DNA of 63,076 nt, the filler included, from Folioceros fuciformis (lineage: Eukaryota): assembly GCA_049999805.1 (NCBI GenBank). It is 5 parts of 4 records of this genome, joined end to end, with 100 filler letters (N's around TTAATTAATTAA, not from the genome) between each part and the next. Parts side by side here need not be neighbours in the genome. Positions count along the whole stretch, not along the records: positions 1 to 17,091 come from JBNGIO010006090.1; positions 17,192 to 24,205 come from JBNGIO010006091.1; positions 24,306 to 46,578 come from JBNGIO010006094.1; 2 more parts are not named here. One strand, 5' to 3'. Position 1 is the first letter of the stretch. Every line of letters begins with the position of its first letter. The notes beneath the pieces are model-generated. The model was not told the DNA's origin. It saw only the letters and a program-made list of their open reading frames with translations, and made no database searches. Made by a program: the position numbers and the translations under genes. Shown piece after piece: positions 13,101 to 24,491 of this stretch.

Positions 13101-13542
13101 TCGAGATCGTCCCCAACTCCTTGGCCGGAGTTGGTCGGGTTATGGGAGCCATCTCGCAGGCATCTAGCATCGGATTCCACAAGTAGCTCAATCCCACACC
13201 TAAAACCAGCCACTTGCATGAACTACTTGCAGAGGAGAGACATCCATACGGGCTAAGCTTGACTTACAAGTAGCCAATATCGGTGCCTCTTAGGAGCTCC
13301 ACGATTTTCCAGCTTTGTGCCGTAAGGAGTACATCTTCTGATGACTTAAGCGGAAGTGAAGGAGCATCGTCGTCGCGAAGATGTAGCTCGGAAATTCTGG
13401 CACCATAGTTGATGGGAAGAGAAGGGAGGGGCAAGCAGTTCACGAGTTCTGTGTGGTGAGAGTTGGTCAACCTATGTGAATTCATGATTCCGCCGAAGCC
13501 TATAGCCCCAATCTCGTCCTGCCTGCTGTTATCCCCAGTCAT
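4159..13542 (-). CDS. SCC2: Cohesin loader SCC2 / Nipped-B-like protein (multi-exon, HEAT repeats, PHD finger)
   Basis: N-terminal LPLPSLP motif, HEAT segments [23 protein letters not shown] and [29 protein letters not shown], a PHD in ORF 9559-10041, and C-terminal [19 protein letters not shown] and [16 protein letters not shown] intron boundaries seen at the junctions checked. Coordinates span start to stop. Confidence 0.95.
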
Positions 13543-13822
13543 GGAATTCGGACACAGTCAGTTTCCAGGTTTGCATTGCCTCAGTGCTTCCATACAAACT
13601 TCAGTCGGCCGGTCGCGGTTTCAAGCATCTATAGCCTCCTGACGCTTTCGACCCCCGAACACCCTTACCGAACCATTTGGTACCTGAAGGAGCGCCTTTC
13701 ACAAGGCGAATCCATGCGCATCCGAGCTGGAAATGCGGAGGAGGGGCGGTCAGGGTTTTAAAAGCTCGCTACTCCATTATTTCAATAATTGCAGTATGAA
13801 TCATACTACTAATGATTCATAC

Positions 13823-14415
13823 TACTAATGGCATAAGTGAAAAAAAGGTGAAAGTTAAAAGTAGAAAGGTGAAAGCTAAATCTAGAGCTGTCTTGATGAA
13901 GAAGCAAGTATGCTTCTTGCTGCCTTTGGAAACAAAATGTGTGTTCCAGGCAAAACCTCCTAAGAAGGATGGAGTTGTAATGACCACTAGTATTCTAGGA
14001 TGAGTGGTGTGTATCATTCTCAGTTTTAGCAGTGGCTTAGCTGTGGAGTATAAATAGGCCAGTGTTAGGGTCTTAAGGATATTGTGATACACTGATACAC
14101 AAAGAGGCAGACAGTGAGAAGTCTAGCCTGGAGGCATAGCTGTGGAGGGCTTGAAGAGCAAGCTTGTCAGATAGAGTCGAGGGCAGTAGCCAGTGGGGCG
14201 TAGATCGCCAGACTCTTTTGTAAGTAACTGGAATAAAGAGCAGTACCTAGAGGAGGTGGTCTGCGAGTCGTCAGTGGACGGCGGGCTACTTGGAGCCTAG
14301 TGCTAAGTCGTGTGAGAGGGAGTGAGTGAATTGCAAGTGGAGCGCTGCGGAGTGTTTAGACGAGATTCGAGGCCGTTGCTTCCTTTTACGCTGCGTAAGG
14401 AAGGGGGCGTTACTA
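13823..14415 (+). mobile_element. Solo LTR (probably Ty3/gypsy family)
   Basis: TATAAATA at 14049 and end GGGGGCGTTACTA. Colinear with the reverse complement of 31998-32543, which is followed by a PBS. Confidence 0.7.
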
Positions 14416-15610
14416 TACTGCTTAATTGAATATAAGAGAGGTGAGAAAAACATATTATCCTTAGGTCAAGTATGGAATACCAATACAGACACCATCGTAT
14501 ATTATACGATCCCGATTTTTCAAGCTACTGTTTAGGTAGTGGGCGGCTTAGAGAGCGTCCCAATCCAGCCATCCTGACTCGGCCCATCACCCTAAGACAA
14601 GTTTTTTGTTTTCCTCTCACCCATCGCACGCAAAACATCAATGCTTCCTCCTCAAGGGTTTCAAGGTTCCATGCCATCACACCGAAGGGAACCAACGAAA
14701 GGTAGTGCTCTCCGTCTCCTCCTTCACCCGAACCCAAGTCATTCTCCATTCAGCGAAGGCTCATCGCCATCCATGTCTTTCTTCCTCCATGCAAAGCAAT
14801 GATCATCAGGCAACACCGTATGTAGGGGGCGAATGAACCATACAATAGGGGAGTGGGTTTAGACTGTCTTTATTCCAAGCCTTTGAGGGGTACATCTCCC
14901 AACATCTGATCACGAACATAAGAACAGACTCCATGGGCCTCTATACAAAGACCCTAAACTATTAGGGAGATCGAAGAAGGCAAATTCCACTCCATGCCCA
15001 TGGATTGGCCTCCTCCTCTGTCCATGGCTGCAAGTACACGTCCAAGGGCTCCATCCTACTCTTGCACTCTCTACACATAGTCGTTAAAGCCAAGTGTAGT
15101 CGATACATGTCGGGAGGAAATTCATGCCCTCTAATCCCTTTGCATACGCATTATCCCGGGCAACCTGCAAGGCCTGCACAAAACACAAAACATTGTGGAC
15201 AACTTAGGTTTGGGACTACAATACGTACTTGCAACCTACAAGGCACTTGTCAGTTTATATGGTATTACACAAACAAGGTGGGAGGCATTCTACAAGGGCT
15301 TCTTAGGTATCCTCCATCTTATCATCTACAACGCAGTGTCCATGGGTTCTACAAGCCTTCTACCAAGCAAACCCTCAACCTACACCTACAGGGCTAAGGC
15401 TGTGTCCAGCGTCGAATCTATTACGTATGCAAAAACGCAAACCACCACACCTATACACTACTTCCAACCTCTTACGACATTCAAGCCCCTCTACACTCTG
15501 CATGTGCCATCTGCAACGCAGTGTGCCACCCACTTTGCAGTGACAATTCCCATGGTCACCGTAGTCCACATGGACAAGCTGTAAGGTCAGCTCCCTCTAC
15601 AGGTCCATTT

Positions 15611-17091
15611 TGCAAGTGCGAGACAATCAGTAGGGTCTATGTTGTTGGATATGTAACCAGCAAGGGTTAATATGATGACCTAGTTATTTAGGGTTACAAG
15701 ACTTTATTTTGTATATAATACTTTTGCCCTTTATTGAATATACATCGCCTTTTGTTTATTGCTCGCTTGCTTAGCTACACAAACAAGGTATTTGCATATG
15801 GTATAAGAGCACCTTGATGGTGTCTGAATCCTTTGTATCTTGCAATGCCACGTGATCGTGGAGAACATGGAGTTTTGCGTGGTGATTCACGCTAGTGAAG
15901 GCACCAGCGTGAATCACACATTCCCCTACCCACTCCCAAACTGCCATGGACTGATGAGACACTTAATAATTATCGAGTTTTGATACGACAGTTTTGGAAG
16001 AGGCAATTGCAAGAACAAAGAAGGCTCCACAATTTGAAACGGGAGAAAAGAATAGATAGACATCAAGAAATTGAGGTTTGTGGAAGCCATTCAAAACAAG
16101 TGACCAAAAATCAGAAATAGAAGAAACCATCTATGTATCACTATTTAGATAATAAGAAATTGCGGTCTAATTTGGAGTTTCTTAATGATGCTATTTCAGA
16201 AGATTCTGATTCTGAATATCCTGATTATGAAGATATTCATTCTGTGGTGGAATTTCAATGTAATTGTATTGAGATACATGTAGCTCAATTGTGCACAAGA
16301 CAAGATATATTTCTAAAGGTTATGCATGAACAGGAGAAGCGCCTGCAACATGCACTTTCTTCCTTGAAGGAAGAATATTCTAGTCATTTGCAACGTATCA
16401 GCAATCAATTGTTAATTCTTCTTGGGGCTTCTAATCTACCTCCCCTTGAGAAATTGGAGGTAGAATCCCCATTCATCTCAGAAGAATCTAAATCTTCAAG
16501 GCATGATGGCGGGCAATCATGATCCAGTGATCAATTTCCACTGCACAAGGAGAGGAACCACAGTTAGGGATTGCACGGTGGATTGCTACATGTGCTCAAT
16601 TGCTCCAGCTTTGGGTAGTAGTTATGAAGAGACAGCTAGGGTTACCTGAACTCTATGACCTGTAGTTTAGCTTCACGTTCTGCTAAATCCCAATTGCTTC
16701 CTCTCCTTGTAACCCTAATTTGTAGTTTTCTTAGGTTTTGTTTCACATTTTACGCTTAGCAGTTCGACAGTTATTGTGTGACAATTTCTCAGCGATTCTC
16801 TTCACTCTCTAGCAATCTTCCAGGGTCCTCCTCAATCTCTCAACAAGGCTCTTCAGCTTGTTGTAGTCAGTTCGTCTCCTCTTCTCTCCTCAGCTCCCTC
16901 ACTTCTTCTCTTCTCAACTCACTCACTTTGACACCATATTCGAAACGCAGCCAACAGTTCAGGGAATAAGGGAAGGAGAAGTTCTCCTTCCACTCCGTGC
17001 TATGGGCAAATTCGTCCCCCTCTCCTCAGCTACGGACCACAGTCAGTCTTCTTCTCACACACTCACTCCTTCACCCTTCTCCTTCTTACAC
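15611..17091 (+). mobile_element. 5' end of a Ty1/copia element: LTR 15611-15796, Met-i PBS 15799-15810, extra ORF0, leader; truncated by gap
   Basis: TGCAA...TTGCA termini and PBS TGGTATAAGAGC. The LTR shares TTTAGGGTTACAA...TTGTATATAA with the LTRs at 24306 and 30940. Confidence 0.75.
15845..16522 (+). pseudogene. Extra ORF0 of copia element (~225 codons, three in-frame stops)
   Basis: MPRDRGEH...HIPLPTPKLPWTDETLNNYRVLIRQFWKRQLQEQRR... is in frame with ORF 16133-16522 (VMHEQEKRLQH). Homologous to 24492-25144. Confidence 0.7.
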
Positions 17092-17191
17092 NNNNNNNNN
17101 NNNNNNNNNNNNNNNNNNNNNNNNNNNNNNNNNNNTTAATTAATTAANNNNNNNNNNNNNNNNNNNNNNNNNNNNNNNNNNNNNNNNNNNN
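17092..17191. other. Assembly gap with artificial TTAATTAATTAA linker (also 24206-24305, 46579-46678, 60908-61007; plain 100-N gaps at 17734, 24803, 30229)
   Basis: Identical 44N + 12-mer + 44N structure in four places. The 12-mer gives stops in all six frames. Confidence 0.97.
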
Positions 17192-17733
17192 TGCAACACT
17201 GAGGAAATGGCTGCAGATTTCTTAACCAAGGCAGTGAGTAAGTTCAAGTTTGAGAAATGCAGGGGACTACTTGGACTGAAGCAAACTCAAGTGCGCTGAG
17301 TGGGAGTGTTAAGCATGATTAATGTTGATATTAATTAGTGCTAATCCAGCTTATTGAGTTTGTACTAATTAGTGGTAAGAGTGATTAAGGTTATGATTAA
17401 TATATATAAATATATATAGCTTATTAGACTTTGCTATGTTGGGCAAAAGAAGTATTGTAGGGTTTGGTTGGGGTCATTTATCCCATATTGGGCACAAAAT
17501 GAGAGTGCCACCCATAGGTCCATAAAAGAAGGGATGAACCCACTTAGTAGATGTAGTCTAACTCCCTCTTCACTTGTATTGTGTTGTTTTTGTAATTCTC
17601 CTTTTTATTTTAGTTTAAGAGCCTTGTTATAGTGCTCTTAGTTTTGGGATTCTGCATCTTGCTTCAACTAACTTGTTTTAACCTCCTTTGAGCATGGCGG
17701 GGGTGACATCTCAACAGGTTATGGGCCCACACA
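17192..17733 (+). mobile_element. Copia RNase H end + PPT + LTR (17307-17716) + half-tRNA-Met PBS (17717-17729)
   Basis: CNTEEMAADFLTKA...GL stop, PPT GAGTGGGAG, LTR TGTTAAG...CTCAACA, then GGTTATGGGCCCA. The LTR is near-identical to 45804-46197. Confidence 0.9.
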
Positions 17734-17833
17734 NNNNNNNNNNNNNNNNNNNNNNNNNNNNNNNNNNNNNNNNNNNNNNNNNNNNNNNNNNNNNNNNNNN
17801 NNNNNNNNNNNNNNNNNNNNNNNNNNNNNNNNN

Positions 17834-20587
17834 AATTCTCCTTTTTATTTGAGTTTAAGAGCCTTGTTATAGTGCTCTTACTTTTGGGATTCTGCATCTT
17901 GCTTCAACTAACTTGTTTTAACCTCCTTTGAGCATGGCGGGGGTGACATCTCAAGACATCTCAACAAAGACATCTCAACAGGAGCGTTGTCATGCCGAGG
18001 TCGGGCATCGAGGAGGCAAATGTGGTACAAAAGAACACTAACAAGTTGCTCTTATGGCACCAAAGGCTAGGACATCTTGGCGTTCAAAACATCAAGCTCA
18101 TGGATCGTAAGAAAATGGTGCAAGGACTCGATCTTGGTGAAGACGAAGACATTGGTGTTTGCAAAGGGTGTATTATGGGTAAGGAACACCGCCTTCCATT
18201 TCCAAAGCAAGGAAGTAGATCCAATCATTTGTTAGAGGTGGTGCATACAGACATCTGTGGTCCCATGAAGACCACATCCATAGGAGGTGCTAAGTATTTT
18301 CTTACCTTCACGGATGATAAGTCTAGATATACGAAGGTGTATTTTTTGAAATCCAAGGAGGCATGCTTCTCCAAATTCAAGGAGTACAAAGCATTGGTGG
18401 AGAACCAAATTGGGAGAAAGATCAAGAATCTACGAAGTGACAATGGAGGGGAGTACATGTCCAAGGAATTTGAGATGTTTTGCAAGGAGCACGGAATTGT
18501 TCATCAATTCTCAGCACCTTATAGTCCTCAACAAAACGGAGTTGCAGAACGCAAAAATAGAACTTTGGTAGAATGTGCAAGAAGTATGTTGCACCATGGA
18601 GGATTGGGATATGAGTTTTGGGGTGAGGCTATTGCAACTGCTGTGTATCTAACAAATAGGAGTGTGACTGCATCATTGGAGGGCATCACACCCGAAGAGT
18701 GTTGGACCGGAAGGAAGCCTTCCATTGCTCATTTGCATGTCTTTGGGTGCAAGGCATTTGTGCATAAGTCCAAGGAGATAAGAACCAAGTTGGAGGCAAA
18801 GTCAGTGGAGTGCATTTTTGTAGGTTATGACTTGGAGAGAAAAGCTTTTCGATTGTATGACAAGGGAGCGAAGCGTGTCATAATTAGTAGGGATATGATT
18901 TTTGAGGAAAATGGAGTTGCTATCACTAAGATTCCAAATGTGTCTATTGTGAATGATGATGATGACTTTACAGTGGCCCTAGAAGAAACAACAAGGGATG
19001 ATGCTTCTATTGAAGAGAACAAGGGGATTTCTGATGAAGGAGAAGTAGAGGAGCAAGCACAAAGGCAAGAAATGCCTCCACCAAAGAGGTATCCGACAAG
19101 GGAGCGACGGCCACCTAAGGATTGGAGAGAAGGACCAGAGTTTGCTTCCATTGCTATGACACACGGAAGGGAACCATTGACTGTGGCTGAAGCTCTACAA
19201 GGGAAGGATTGCGAGCACTGGAAAGAAGCCATGGATGAGGAGATGAGGTCCCTTGAAGGTAATGATACGTGGATGTTAACAACATGGCCCGCAGGGAGGA
19301 ATGCCATTGGGTGTAAATGGGTGTTCAGAATCAAGAGAAATGCAAGTGGGAAAATTGATAGATTCAAGGCTAGGTTGGTGGTGAAGGGATACTCCCAAGA
19401 GGAGGGCATTGACTACAATGAGACATTTGCACCAGTTGCCAAGTTTGCATCCATCAGAACCTTACTTACAGTGGGAGCAATGTATGATTTGGAGATTCAT
19501 CAAATGGATGTGAAAACAGCATTTCTAAATGGGGACTTGGAGGAAGACATTTACATGGAGCAACCCCAAGGCTATGTAGTTATGGGCAAGGAGAACATGG
19601 TTTGCAAATTGAAGAAAGCTCTTTATGGATTGAAGTAGGCTCCGAGAGTTTGGCATCAAAAGATTAACTCATATCTTTTGGAGCAGGGTTTTCGGCAATG
19701 CATATTAGATGAGAGCATCTCCATTTTTGAGGTCTCCCAAAGTAAGGTAATCTTAGCCATATATGTGGATGATCTTATCTTGTTGAGTCCATCTTTAAGC
19801 AGTATTGATAAAGTGAAGGAGATGTTGTCAAAGAAGTTTGAAATGAAGGACTTAGGGAACATCAACTATTGTCTTGGAATTGAAGTGTGGAAAGATAAGG
19901 CAGCACATATCATTAGGCTTGGTTAGCAAGGGTATGTTGAGGGATTATTGGAGCGATTTGGAATGATCAATTGCAAGCCTATTGGGACCCCTTAAGATTT
20001 AGGTGTGAAGTTGTGTAAGGTTGACTACTCATCAAATGATGGGGAGGAGCATGAGATGAGTAACATCCCATATAGGGCAGCAGTTGGTAGTTTGATGTAT
20101 GCCAGCCATGGTAGGAACACGTCCAGACATTGCAAAGGCAGTGGAAGTAGTGAGCCAATTTATGCAAAGCCCTGGAAAGCAACATTGGATTGCGGTGAAA
20201 AGGATCATGCAATACTTGAGGGGTACAAGTGATATGTGGTTGGAATTCTCTGGTGGAATCAAATGCCATAATATTATTGGGTATTGTGACTCCGATTGGG
20301 GAAGTGATCTTGATGATAGAAGATCAACTACAGGATATACTTTTATTTTAGGAGGAGGTGCCATTACCTGGAATAGTAAGAAGCAACCCACGGTGGCCAT
20401 ATCGACAGTTGAAGCTGAGTACATGGCATCCACACAAGCCACCAAGGAGGCCGTATGGTTGAGAAAGCTCATGGAGGAGATTGGTTATGAACAATTGCAT
20501 CCGACCACTCTTAGGAGCGATAGTCAAGGAAGTATGGCCTTGATCAAGAATCCAGTGCATCATGCAAGGACAAAGCATATTGACATT
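17834..20587 (+). mobile_element. Ty1/copia pol (GAG-pre-integrase, integrase, RT, RNase H) preceded by an LTR end; pseudogenised and interrupted at 20588
   Basis: LWHQRLGH..C..C, VHTDICGP, LRSDNGGEY, QQNGVAER, QMDVKTAFLNG, YVDDL, DSDWG, HARTKHIDI. Stops at 19636 and 19924, frameshift near 20103. Confidence 0.95.
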
Positions 20588-23500
20588 TGTTCGGACAGAA
20601 CCATGGCTTGGGTGCACAAGGAAGCAAAGCAAGTCTTATTCAGAATAATTAGATAATAATACATTAAGAAAGTTCATGTGTCCTAAATACTTCTATAAAG
20701 GCAACCTTACGTAAAGGTGTGTCTTTTGGTGATTAAAGAATAATTGGCTTTAACTAAACCCTAAGTCGGGCTAGCTTAAACCCTAATTCTAACACCCTCC
20801 CTTAAGCGCACGAGCTTAGAAAGGAATCAGAAGTACAGTCACAAGGAGCAGCTAATCTGAAGTTCATGTCACGTAAGCAATTATGTGTCAACCACCACAC
20901 TCGAGTGCATGCGAAGCCAGCCTGGATGACGATAAATGGAGCCTCAGCGCCGGGGCTGTCATCCTCACAAGCACACAAACCTGTGAGCGCGGGATTCAAG
21001 TGGCAAGCTTTCAGTGAAGACTGAGGGTTGGCTTCAGCGGATGGAGGTCACAGTGCAGCGCCTGATTGTGAAGCGAGAGGCGCGCAGAAGAGAAGAAAGA
21101 AGTAAGAAAACAATTATCCTGGATAAGTTCTGCTGTAGCTGTGCAGGGCGATTAGAACATCGTGGAGCTTCATCCACCTGTCTGCAAGATTGCTTGCATC
21201 TGCACGCCACACGTAGGTCTTGGATCCTTGTGTGACTGTAACAGAACTGATACCCTTCCTGTCCATGTACTGCAGCTCCTGAAGTGTCATAGGAACAGAG
21301 AGGTGTAATCCAGATCATCACTGAACACCAAGGTACCCAGATCTCACCCATAAGCTGATCATCACGGCTATGTTGCAGCCTTAAAATATTGTTGATAATT
21401 GAATAGGCCGAGACCTTCCATATGCTTGACGTGCTTGTCTTTCGGCAAAGCTTTGGTTAGGATGTCCGCTGTGTTATCATCTGTGGGCACATAGAGAATT
21501 TTAACTACCCCCCTCTCAGCGGCATCTCTAACGTAATGGTGGTGGACTTCGATGTGTTTAGTGCGGGCGTGGAAACGAGGATTCACCACCAGGGCTATCG
21601 CAGACTGGTTATCACACCAGAGGGGAGTAGGTCCTGTTTGTGATTCCCCAATATCTTGTAAGAAAGCACGCTCCCACTGAACCTCTTTCGTGGCATCTGT
21701 TAAAGACTTGTACTCGGCCTCAGTGCTAGAGAGGGCAATACTCGTCTGTTTTTTACAGCTCCAGTTGACAGCAGCCTGAGAAAGTAGAAAAACATATGTG
21801 GAAAGGCTTTTCCGGGAGTCACTATCAGAGGCCCAGTCCGCGTCTGTGAACCCCTTCAGAGTTAAGTTTCCTGTTCCATGGCGTTTATAACAGAGGCCGA
21901 TATGATGAGTGCCTTTCAAGTAACGAAATATTCGTTTGACAGCAGTCCAGTGAGCAGGCCCAGGGTTTTCTAAAAATTGAGAAACAGTACTAACTGAGTG
22001 CTGTATATCAGGGCGGGTCCAGTTGCTGACAAAAATCAAACTGCCTACAGCGTGTCGGTAAGGAACATCTTGCATATCCTTTTGATCAGCTTCTGTAAGA
22101 GCACACTCATATCTAGTGAGCTTGGCACCTACTGCACCTGGAGTGGTAGCTGGGTGTGCAGAGCTCATGTGGAACTTGTGAAGAATTTCAGCTATGTATT
22201 TATGCTGGTGAATGATAAGGAGTCCTTCAGAGCGAACGCGAAGTACTTGAATTCCTAGACAGAACAGTAGATCCCCACTATCTGTCATCTCGAAGGTTTG
22301 CCTTAACATATCTTTGACTGTGACCAGCATAGAGGTGTCATTAGCAGCAAGGATTACATCGTCGACATACAGTGCAAGAATCACGTAAGTATTTCCCTCC
22401 TGCAGGACATAGACATTAGAGTCCGCTGTACACTGTCGAAACCCTAGTGCCTTTAGAGCTTTATCACAACGTTTGTACCAGCGTTCTGCACTTTGCTTTA
22501 AACCATATATGCATTTAATAAGCTGACATACATATTCTGGATGTGCAGGGTCCTCATAACCCTCCGGCTGTTCCATGTACAGCTCCTCTTCTAAAATGCC
22601 ATGCAAGAAAGCTGTGCAGACGTCCATCTGCTGCAGCTCTAGGTCATACTCTGCAGCTAAGGCGAATATCAGACGGAGTGACTGGGCACGTACTACAGGA
22701 GAAAATGTCTCCTGATAATCAAGTCCTGCCACTTGTGTAAAGCCTCTAGCACAGAGTCGTGCTTTGTATCTTGCAATTTTCCCTTCAGCATTGAGTTTAT
22801 GTTTAAAAACCCATTTGCACGTGATTGGTTTACGGTTTGGAGGTTTGGGAACTAATTTCCATGTGCCATTTTTGATCAGGCTGTTGTATTCATTATCCAC
22901 AGCGATTTTCCATTTATCCTTATCAGGTCCTGTAAAAGCTTCTGTAAGGCTGATAGGCTCAAGAGGAACATGTGGAGAGACTACAACAGCACCTGCTGTA
23001 TGGCGGAAGTCTATAGATTGATAGCGTGGTTCTTTCCATTCTGAGGGTGGGGGCTGGTGCCGAGAAGACCTACGTGGTCCTGCATCATCTGCTAAAGGGG
23101 CTGGAGCCACCAAGGGTTCAGCAACAGCATTTGGATCCTCAGCAGCTAGACCAGGTAAGTTACTCGCCTCATCATGGCCTACGCCTTGTCCATCTTCTTC
23201 AAAAAGAAGGTCAGGGAACAAATCATGGTCATCCTCGTTATGGTGTCTGAAGTCCAGGTCATCTGGGCCTAACATGTTGGCCTCATCTACTGCAGGTGCT
23301 AGAGGTTTGTCTTGATCACGTTGAATATCCTCAACATCTGGTAGGAGTGTTGGATTCTGTAAATTTGGAGCAACATCCAGATCGCCTGGAGGATCAGCCA
23401 CATTACCAACAGCAGGCATGGCACCATCAGCATCATCAGGGTAAAAGGAAAACAGTCCAGCAGGTTCATCTAAGTCATTTGAACTATCAGCAGGCTCTGG

Positions 23501-24205
23501 CAAAGGTCTGGCCTTTCGGTCAATAGGCTGTAAAGGCTCAACAAAGATAACACTTCGGGCTAAAACCAGCTGCCTTGAATGTGGATCTAGAAGCTTATAT
23601 GCTTTTACATGTTCACTGTACCCAATAAGTGTGAGACACCGAGAACGATTGTCTAACTTCCTGCGTTTTTCTGCAGGAATATAAGCATAGGCTTTAGACC
23701 CAAAAACCCTGAGATGTAGGAGACTAGGTTTTTGTTTCCAGGTAAGCTCAAAAGGTGTGGCAAAGACAAGGGACCTAGTTGGCAATCTGTTCAAGATATA
23801 TGTGGCAGTGACTATAGCTTCAGCCCAGTAAGAAGAAGGTAAGCCAGACCACAACAACATAGCCCTGGTCATACCCATCAGCGTTTGGTTTTTACGTTCA
23901 GCAACACCATTCTGTTGCTGAGTGTATGGAACTATTAATTGATGGATGATGCCTTGTTCTGCCAGAAAACTGGTGAAAGAATGGTTGACAAATTCAGTCC
24001 CATTATCCGACCGGAAGACCTTCAATAGAAGACCTGTTTGTCGTTGAACCAAGAGCAACCAGTCCTGGAACAAGGTAAAGGTTTCACTTTTGCGCTTCAT
24101 AGGAAAAATCCAAGTGTATCGACTAAAATCATCTGTAATGCTGAAATAATATTCTGCCCCTCCAAGTGATGGAACCTGAAGACGGCCAGAAATGTCACAG
24201 TGAAC
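20588..24205 (-). mobile_element. Young Ty1/copia element nested in the previous one; 3' LTR 20588-20794 with adjacent PPT; 5' part lost in gap
   Basis: Minus strand reads PPT AAGGGAGGG, then TGTTAG...CCGAACA. The insertion cuts the host RNase H just after KHIDI. Confidence 0.9.
21368..24205 (-). CDS. Copia pol, uninterrupted integrase-RT-RNase H reading frame (>910 aa), open up to the gap
   Basis: VHCDISG...DDFSR, RSDNGTEF, QQNGVAER, QMDVCTAFLHG, YVDDV, DADWA, HARTKHIEV, ADILTK, with no stops. Confidence 0.93.
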   Translation of the reverse strand, partial: VHCDISGRLQVPSLGGAEYYFSITDDFSRYTWIFPMKRKSETFTLFQDWLLLVQRQTGLLLKVFRSDNGTEFVNHSFTSFLAEQGIIHQLIVPYTQQQNGVAERKNQTLMGMTRAMLLWSGLPSSYWAEAIVTATYILNRLPTRSLVFATPFELTWKQKPSLLHLRVFGSKAYAYIPAEKRRKLDNRSRCLTLIGYSEHVKAYKLLDPHSRQLVLARSVIFVEPLQPIDRKARPLPEPADSSNDLDEPAGLFSFYPDDADGAMPAVGNVADPPGDLDVAPNLQNPTLLPDVEDIQRDQDKPLAPAVDEANMLGPDDLDFRHHNEDDHDLFPDLLFEEDGQGVGHDEASNLPGLAAEDPNAVAEPLVAPAPLADDAGPRRSSRHQPPPSEWKEPRYQSIDFRHTAGAVVVSPHVPLEPISLTEAFTGPDKDKWKIAVDNEYNSLIKNGTWKLVPKPPNRKPITCKWVFKHKLNAEGKIARYKARLCARGFTQVAGLDYQETFSPVVRAQSLRLIFALAAEYDLELQQMDVCTAFLHGILEEELYMEQPEGYEDPAHPEYVCQLIKCIYGLKQSAERWYKRCDKALKALGFRQCTADSNVYVLQEGNTYVILALYVDDVILAANDTSMLVTVKDMLRQTFEMTDSGDLLFCLGIQVLRVRSEGLLIIHQHKYIAEILHKFHMSSAHPATTPGAVGAKLTRYECALTEADQKDMQDVPYRHAVGSLIFVSNWTRPDIQHSVSTVSQFLENPGPAHWTAVKRIFRYLKGTHHIGLCYKRHGTGNLTLKGFTDADWASDSDSRKSLSTYVFLLSQAAVNWSCKKQTSIALSSTEAEYKSLTDATKEVQWERAFLQDIGESQTGPTPLWCDNQSAIALVVNPRFHARTKHIEVHHHYVRDAAERGVVKILYVPTDDNTADILTKALPKDKHVKHMEGLGLFNYQQYFKAAT

Positions 24206-24491
24206 NNNNNNNNNNNNNNNNNNNNNNNNNNNNNNNNNNNNNNNNNNNNTTAATTAATTAANNNNNNNNNNNNNNNNNNNNNNNNNNNNNNNNNNNNNNN
24301 NNNNNTAATCCTAGCTACTTTAGGGTTACAAACTATTATTTGTATATAACTCTTTTTGCTCCATTATTGAAGATGCTTTTTGCCTTATTATCAACTACTT
24401 GCCTTTGCATGTTAGTTTACTTAGCTAGGTGCATGAGGCCTATTATTTACATAGTATCAGAGCTTGATGCCTAATCTTTGTTGCTTGTGCA

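Noticed and set aside
14470-15600. Possible decayed TE gene (intron-like TTTTGTGCAG on the minus strand, several short ORFs)
   Set aside because: I could not support any recognisable motif without a search.
17136-17147. TTAATTAATTAA palindrome recurring four times
   Set aside because: Always centred in 100-bp N gaps, so it is a scaffolding linker. ORFs crossing these gaps are artefacts.
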